From: Nemertoderma westbladi
Lineage: Eukaryota; Animalia; Xenacoelomorpha
Direction of reading: 5' to 3'
Assembly (NCBI GenBank): GCA_032718475.1
Contig: JAUCBJ010004315.1
Coordinates: 1-40,683, forward strand
DNA length: 40,683 nucleotides
Each line of letters begins with the position of its first letter. The first letter of the stretch is position 1. Both the position numbers and the translations under genes were made by a program. The notes under the pieces were generated by a model, which saw only the letters and a list, made by a program, of their open reading frames with translations, was not told where the DNA came from and ran no database searches. Positions 33,455 to 40,683 of this stretch are shown here, piece by piece.

Positions 33455-34892
33455 CAAACTCACCTGCATGTCAATCATATTTTATTATTTATTTATTGTC
33501 TGAATTGTGCTCACCGATTAATAGTATATGTACTAGTGTACTAGTACAGTAGTACACAGTACAGTAGTACGGTATATTACAGTAGGCCGGGGACGTCTAT
33601 TTACACCAAAAACACACAAAAACTCACAAAAACTCACAAAAACACACAAAAACACACAAAAACTCACAAAAACACACAAAAACACACAAAAACATACAAA
33701 AACACACAAAAACAGACAAAAACATACGGCACATATATGAAATGCCTGCAAAGGTAATTATCATTGCGGTTTGGGTTGTTGTCTGTTTGTATGCCTGTTT
33801 GTCTGTATGGATGTAATTAATTGTAATCCAAAACGCAATAGTTATTGCTGAAATACCTATAGGCATAGTCCAGTAGTCTACACTCTACAGGTACCTTCAG
33901 TATAAATTAGATCATTGATGCACTCGATCCTCTCGTGGAATCCCCATTATGAACATCACATATATTTCGCCTGGACGGATGCATCGCGCTTATTCAATCT
34001 AAACATTACTATATGATTGTGATCAGGCAGGCAGGTTATGGTTGATATCAGTTAATGATGCCTTTGATAAATTGCGCAAAGGGCGATTATTTACTGTAAT
34101 ACAGTAGATAGTGTGGTTGCGTTTCCGCCAACATCTCTTTCCAAGCTTGGTGAGAATAACTCTTCCGGGAAGAAAAATATACTCGATTTATGACTACCAT
34201 CATCTGATCATATGTTGACGTCACATTAAATTCTACCTGCGAATCTGAAACTACAGTATTAGCTCGATTCATTCATACTTTGTCATTATGCACCCTGTGT
34301 CTGTATTTCATACTATGTATGCTTAACAGAGGCATACCGAGGGTGGGGGGGGGGGGGGGATTAGAAAATAATTAAATAATTAAAAAAAAAAGTAATTATT
34401 TTATTGGGCCTATTGATGGAATAAAACACTTACAAAACCATTTTATTATTAAATCACCCAGGGCTTGCCACTTGCAACAACAATGCTATTATTTACTATA
34501 TTTACAATTACAAGATCGTTTAAGTAGTTTGGATTTATTAAGTATACAGTAGAGAAACGGGAAGTTTGATGTGATTTATTGGGACGATGTAATAAATATA
34601 TTTGCAGAAGAATCATACTGTAGTAGGCCTATAAACAACATTTTTTAAAAATGTAATAATATTTTAAAATCGGTAATAAAATCGGAATTGTAGTGGAATT
34701 GAATGGCCATGATAAAACTAATTTATTTATTACATGGGAAAGCAAGACCAGTTATAAACTTCACGGCTTATATGTTCTTAAGTTTTTTTCCCCTTATGTA
34801 ATATAGGCCTACGTAATTTTATTCTTAATTTGGTACTTTATTGTGGCTTAATTCTTTAATAAAAGATAGAGTGATATATTGTTACAAAATAA

Positions 34893-36052
34893 ATGTTTTG
34901 TTTTGTTTTAAAACAAAAACAAAGTTTTTGTTTGTTTGTTTTTGTTGTTTTTGTGTGTCTTTGTTTTGTTTTTGTGTGTTTTTGTTGTTTTTGTGTGTCT
35001 TTGTTTTGTTTTTGTGTGTTTTTGTTTGTTTTTGTGTGTTTTTGTATGTTTTGTTTGTTTTTGTGTGTTTTTGTGTGTTTTTGTTTGTTTTTGTTTGTTT
35101 TTGTGTGTTTTTGTTTGTTTTGTGTGTTTTTGTGTGAATTGTGTGTTTTTGTGTGAATTGTATGTTTTTGTGTGTTTCTGTTTGTTTTTGTGTGTTTTTG
35201 TTTCTTTTTGTGTGTTATTTTTCTTTATGTTTCTTTTGTTTGTTTTTGTGTGTTTTGTTTGCTTTTGTTTGTTTGTGTGTGTTTTTGTTTATTTGTGTTT
35301 GTTTTTGTGTTTTTGTTTGTTTTTGTTTGTTTTGTTTGCTTTTGTTTGTTTTTGTGTGTTTTTGTTTGTTTTGTGTGTTTTTGTGTGAATTGTATGTTTT
35401 TGTGTGAATTGTATGTTTTTGTGTGTTTTTGTGTGAATTGTATGTTTTTGTGTGTTTTTGTGTGAATTGTGTGTTTTTGTGTGTTTCTGTTTGTTTTTGT
35501 GTGTTTTTGTTTGTTTTTGTGTGTTTTTGTTTCTTTAAGTGTCTTTTGTTTGTTTTTGTTTGTTTTTGTGTGTTTGTTTGCTTTTGTTTGTTTGTGTGTG
35601 TTTTTGTTTGTTTTTGTATATTTGTGTTTGTTTTTGGGTTTTTGTTTGTTTTGTTTGCTTTTGTTTGTTTTACTGTGTGTTTTTGTTTATTTGTTTTTGT
35701 GTGTTTTTGTAATTGTTTTTGTGTGTTTTTGTTTGTTTTGAGTGTTTCTGTTTGTTTTTGTGTGTTTTGTTTATTTTTGTTTGATTTTGTGTGTTTATGT
35801 TTGTTTTTATGTGTTTTTGATTGTTTTTGTGTGTTTTTGTTTGTTTTATTGTGTTTTTGTTTGTTTTGTGTGTTTTTGTGTGAATTGTATATTTTTGTGT
35901 GTTTTTGTGTGGATTGTATGTTTTTGTGTGTTTCTGTTTGTTTTTGTGTGTTTTTGTTTGTTTTTGTGTGTTTTGTTTCTTTATGTGTCTTTTGTTTGTT
36001 TTTGTGTGTTTTGTTTGCTTTTGTTTGTGTGTGTTTTTGTTTATTTGTGTTT
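34893..36052. repeat. Degenerate (TTTTTGTGTG)n low-complexity block
   Basis: T/G-rich ~10-mer repeats of the same motif as the subterminal TIR repeats. Confidence 0.95.
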
Positions 36053-37154
36053 ATTTAATGTGACGTCAACATATAATCAGATGATGGTAGTCATAAATCG
36101 AGTATATTTTTCTTCCCGGAAGAGTTATTCTCACCAAGCTTGGAAAGAGATGTTGGCGGAAACGCAACCACACTATCTACTGTATTACAGTACTTAATCG
36201 CCCTTTGCGCAATTTATCAAAGGCATCGCATTAACTGATATCAACCATAACCTGCCTGCCTGATCACAATCATATAGTAATGTTTAGATTGAATAAGCGC
36301 GATGCATCCGTCCAGGCGAAATATATGTGATGTTCATAATGGGGATTCCACGGAGGATCGAGTGCATCAATGATCTAATTTATACTGAAGGTACCTGTAG
36401 AGTGTAGACTACTGGACGGTCAGCCTAAACACCCAACTACACCCAACTTTCACCCAACTACACCCAACTTTCACCCAACTACACCCAACTTTCAGCCAAC
36501 TACACCCACACAGTTCCACCCCACTACACCCAACTTCCACTGCACTTCCACTTCCACTCTGCATCCAACTTACACCAAACTATACCTACTGTATGGCACC
36601 AAACTTCCACAAATTACAATATGTACAGTAACAAACTCTTCGAGGAATTGCTGAGATATGAGCTTTTAAATGTTTCATGTACTGTATGTTGCCCCCACTG
36701 CTGAGCAATTATGAAAATAACAAACTAACGTTTTATATTTATTGCAGGTTGGTTCTAGAATAATTGATGAATTTAGCAATAAATATACAAAGGAGAGACG
36801 CAGAGATTATTGACGAACGATCCAAGCTACAGTATAAAACTAAACTGGCGCTATGGGATTGTGGTGAAAATGAAAACGGTATTGATACACAGGAGGGTCA
36901 CCGTCACAGCCTTAACGACGAAATCGCATTGGAAACTTCTGTTATGGGAATAGCAATGCAGATAATTCGTACAAAGTTAATGGACATAAGTTCTATATTA
37001 TACAGTATGTTTAATGCAATTATAATAATGTAATTATCCTTTATGTATCATAGAATACAAGAAAAAAAACTGTAACAGAAAACAAAAACTGTGCAACTTT
37101 ATTTTAATCTTGGGCCCATGTAAACACTTTCTGCCGTTATATATTTAACTTTGC

Positions 37155-37366
37155 AGTTGCCCCCATGTGAAGAATCCCAGGTTTTCATTAAAATCACAGG
37201 TTACAAAAGGGCTGAATCTAACCAAAACAATAAACGAAATTTAGCCGTATCAAAACGAAACGTATCAAAAAGATAAATTAAAAAAAATAAAAAATCTTCA
37301 TACATAAAATTCCAATAAAATGTCGACCGAAAAGTGAAATCCTGGTATTATTCACATGGGCGAACT
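37155..37366. mobile_element. Small degenerate MITE within the left TIR of the nested element
   Basis: AGTTGCCCCCATGTGAAGAATCCCAGG ... CCTGGTATTATTCACATGGGCGAACT; absent from the right TIR. Confidence 0.65.
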
Positions 37367-37809
37367 TTATGGCCTTTATATTAATTAATTTTTAAGGAAA
37401 CAACAGCAATAATTTTAGAACATTTTACATTTTTGATAAACTAAAAGGGGATCTGGTAAGATCTGTACAGGTCAAGTGAATTTCTGCAAGGAACTTATTA
37501 TGATCTTCACATACAGGCGATGCCAGAATGGACAAGATCTCTACAGTATGAGAATCGATAAGATCGTTATACATTACAGATCTTACAGTAGTAGAAATAA
37601 TAATTCATCACACTAGGGTAGAGAATTGCAGACGTTGATCAACGTAATCATATAGACGCGGCTTGTGGTCTCTAGTACATACTGTACAGTATATGTACAG
37701 TAGGAAATGACAATATTCAGCTTATTTTATTACAAACAACGAAATGGGAGAAGTGTATTTAATCTTTCAGACATTCCACCCATTCGAAAATCCTCATGTG
37801 ATCAACATT

Positions 37810-38317
37810 GAGGTTTCCAAACTAATGTGTGCATTGTACTTGACACAATGAACCCGGCGTAGCATTCTTGTGAATGTGCCATGCAGAGATTTGGTGTCCT
37901 CAGCAGTTAGAGCCCAGCCAGCATGGACTCCCGTAGAGGAGTACTGGAACTACTGCTGCTCTAAATAATCGGACCTTGAGTTTCCGATTAATTCTCGGTG
38001 ACTTCCAAATCCTGGAAAGCCTATTCAAGGCTGCCCATGCCTTTCCCTTACGTATTCGAAGGTCCTCACCTGACTTCCGGATCCATGATCCCAGGTAACA
38101 GAATTTGTCCACATGCTCAAGCATACCATCCTTTGAGCTTATGCTCATCCGATCAGAGACTTGCTGAGGACTTTCAAAGTTAACTGTCAAAATTGTGGTC
38201 TTTCTGGAGGTAATAAAAAGACCAACACTAGAAGCAGAATGTTCTAATGAGCTGAGGAGCCGTTGGGCTCCCTCTAATGATTCTGAGAGTACTCCTAAGT
38301 CATCAGCAAAGTCTATC
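37810..38317 (-). pseudogene. RTE-clade LINE RT fragment
   Basis: IDFADDLGVLSES...VDKFCYLGSWI...RKGKAWAALNRLSRIWKS...KVRLFRAAVVPVLLYGS. Confidence 0.9.
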
Positions 38318-38599
38318 TGATCAACATTGAGGTTTCCAAGCTAAATTCTCACATGTGAATGAATAATATGTCACACACTTTAGGTATGTTGCTACATAGT
38401 CGGATCCCAAGTGGGGTTTCTCATCATGCTTTAATGTGGATCAGTTGGCGAAAATCTTCAAAAGTTACTTACGAATGAATTTTTCGTTACAGACAGACAA
38501 GCGGACAGAACGACCGACTGGAGATGAAATTTTGCCCTATTTTTACTAATTGCAATTGTGCGCTAAGGCTTGCCCTGACTGCGTGACTCGTCCCACAGA

Positions 38600-38820
38600 A
38601 CACCAAACTCTCCAACCAACTACACTCAACTTTGACTCACTTTCACCCAACTACACTCCACTTCCACCCAACTCTCACCCAACTACACCCAACTTTCACC
38701 CAACTACAGTACCCCCAACAACACCCAACTTTCACCCAATTCTCCACCCAACTACACCCAACTATCACCCAACTATACAGTACACTCAACATTGTCTCAC
38801 TTCCACCCAACTACACTTAC
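38600..38820. repeat. Internal (CACCCAACTA/TTT)n block
   Basis: Same motif as 36432-36540 and, inverted, 40215-40357. Confidence 0.88.
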
Positions 38821-39151
38821 CGTTCACCACTTTCTCGCAGGTCAGGATTTTTGACAATAAAAAATTATAAAGCAAATAATAAAATTGTCAAAAACCATAC
38901 AAATCCTAATCTACGTCGCTTTTTTGGATGTGAAGATGAGTAGGACATACAGTACAATATATCTAATGTTTAGTTCTGAGGCATAACAGCGAGAACATGC
39001 GAGCCACGTAGTAAAGGCGAGCCTTAACGCACTATGATAATTAGTAAATACTGGAAAATTTATTTCGAGTTATTATCATATTCGAGTTAGTGAAATATTG
39101 AAACGAGGGACCGAAGTGAGATAAAAGTACATTATACACTATAATATGTTG

Positions 39152-39279
39152 TTTTATTGTTAAATTTCTTGATTACTTAACGCTCGTCTATGGACGAGCC
39201 GCAAATAATCCATCTATCTACTATATTTACGGCTTGTCCAAGGACAAGCGTTAAGTAATTCAGAAATTTAACAATAAAA
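39152..39279. repeat. 128-bp imperfect palindrome (small foldback element)
   Basis: TTTTATTGTTAAATTTCT..ATTACTTAACGCT ... AGCGTTAAGTAAT..AGAAATTTAACAATAAAA. Confidence 0.8.
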
Positions 39280-40683
39280 TATTATAATTATCCTTTGTAT
39301 CATATTACAAGAAAGATTGTAACATACAGTAGTCTTTATTTTCAACAGTTTTATTCTAAACTTCGTGGCCTTTATATTAATTTGATCTTATCTTTCGTTT
39401 ATTATTTTGGTTCCATGAGAAATTTATTATTCGCCTATATTATACAGAAAGTACTTTATTTGCTAACCATTAAGATTGGATCAGGGAGCCAAATGGAGTG
39501 TAAACTTGAGACATGTAAAATGTAATGAGAAATGTAAAAAGTTCTAAAATTATTTCTGTTGTTTCGTTAAAAATTAATTAATACAGTATAAAGGCCATAA
39601 AGTTTAAGATAAAGAAGCTGAAAATAATGTTACAGTTTATTTTCTTGTATTCTATGAAACAGTACATAAAGGATAATTACATTATTATAATTGCATTAAA
39701 CATACTGTATAATATAGAACTTATGTCCATTAACTTTGTACGAATTATCTGCATTGCTATTCCCACAGCAGAAGTTTCCAATAATGCGATTTCGTCGTTA
39801 AGGCTGTGACGGTGACCCTCCTGTGTATCAATACCGTTTTCATTTTCACCGCAATCCCACAGCGCCAGTTTAGTTTGTACTGTAGCTTAGTTTGGAGTTT
39901 TGATGCGTGGTATGTGTAGACATCTATAGGTATCTGGATCGTTCGTCAATAGTCTCTGTGTCTCTCCTTTGTATATTTATTGCTAAATTCATCAATTATT
40001 CTAGAATCAACCTGCAATAAAAATAAAATGTTAGTTAGTTATTTTCATAATTGCAGGGCAGTGATGGCAAAATACAGCACGAGTACATGCAACTTTTAAA
40101 AGTTCATATCTCAGCAATTCCTCAAAGAAGTTCAGAGTTTGTTACTGTACATATTGTAATTTGTGGAAGATAGGTGCCATACAGTATAGTTTGGTGTAAG
40201 TTGGATGCTGTTGTGTTGAAGTTGGGTGTAGTTGGTGAAAGTTGGGTGTAGTTGGGTGGTAGTTGGGTGAAAGTTGGGTGTAGTTGGGTGAAAGTTGGGT
40301 GTAGTTGGGTGTAGTTGGGTGTAGTTGGGTGTAGTTGGGTGTAGTTGGGTGAAAGTTGTGATTAGGCTGACCCTACTGGACTATGCCTATAGGTATTTCA
40401 GCAATAACTATTGCGTTTTGGATTACAATTAATTACATCCACACAGACAAACAGGCATACAAACAGACAACAACCCAAACCGCAATGATAATTACCTTTG
40501 CAGGCATTTCATATATATGCCGTATGTTTTTGTCTGTTTTTGTGTGTTTTTGTATGTTTTTGTGTGTTTTTGTGTGTTTTTGTGCGTTTTTGTGTGTTTT
40601 TGTGTGTTTTTGTGAGTTTTTGTGTGTTTTTGTGTGTTTTTGGTGTAAATAGACGTCCCCCAGTAGGCCTATTAGTACAGTAG

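Larger units (their letters stand above)
36418..40372. mobile_element. Second foldback/MULE-like element nested in the right TIR of the first
   Basis: 9-bp TSD CTACTGGAC (36409-36417, 40373-40381); ends GGTCAGCCTAA / TTAGGCTGACC; TIRs 36418-37077 vs 39628-40372, resuming ~37363-37433 vs ~39528-39605; subterminal (CACCCAACTA)n. Confidence 0.92.
33589..40660. mobile_element. Foldback/MULE-like non-autonomous element with ~640-bp TIRs
   Basis: 9-bp TSD CAGTAGGCC (33580-33588, 40661-40669); ends GGGGACGTC / GACGTCCCC; left TIR 33589-34231; right TIR split into 36053-36417 and 40373-40660. Confidence 0.92.

Noticed and set aside
34841-36197. Many F/C/V/L-rich membrane-protein-like ORFs
   Set aside because: Translations of a T/G simple repeat that lacks stop codons
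36740-37033. Possible captured exon in the TIR (TTGCAG acceptor, 89-aa ORF)
   Set aside because: Frame not preserved in the opposite TIR copy; no recognisable protein
38390-38580. Helentron/DINE-like fragment suggested by ACAGACAGAC
   Set aside because: No subterminal inverted repeats or terminal hairpin could be defined

Overview
Transposon-dense, AT-rich eukaryotic DNA (probably an invertebrate animal; taxon inferred, not shown). I see no host gene. The window holds two complete BEL/Pao-type LTR elements, each with a 5-bp TSD. The first is gag-only (236-8303) and has a ~2-kb hairpin array where pol should be. The second is a 17-kb gag-pol element (16315-33454) with an extra unknown 3' ORF and a hAT MITE in its 3' LTR. 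Also present: two nested foldback/MULE-like elements with 9-bp TSDs (33589-40660 containing 36418-40372), several MITEs and palindromes, CR1-like and RTE LINE fragments, and minisatellites. Main discovery candidate: neither LTR element has a TGG-starting tRNA primer-binding site. In both, the bases immediately after the 5' LTR are the exact reverse complement of a segment of their own LTR just downstream of a TCAGT initiator. This is the geometry of Tf1-style self-primed reverse transcription, which I know only from Ty3/Gypsy (Tf1/sushi) elements. All alignments were done by eye.
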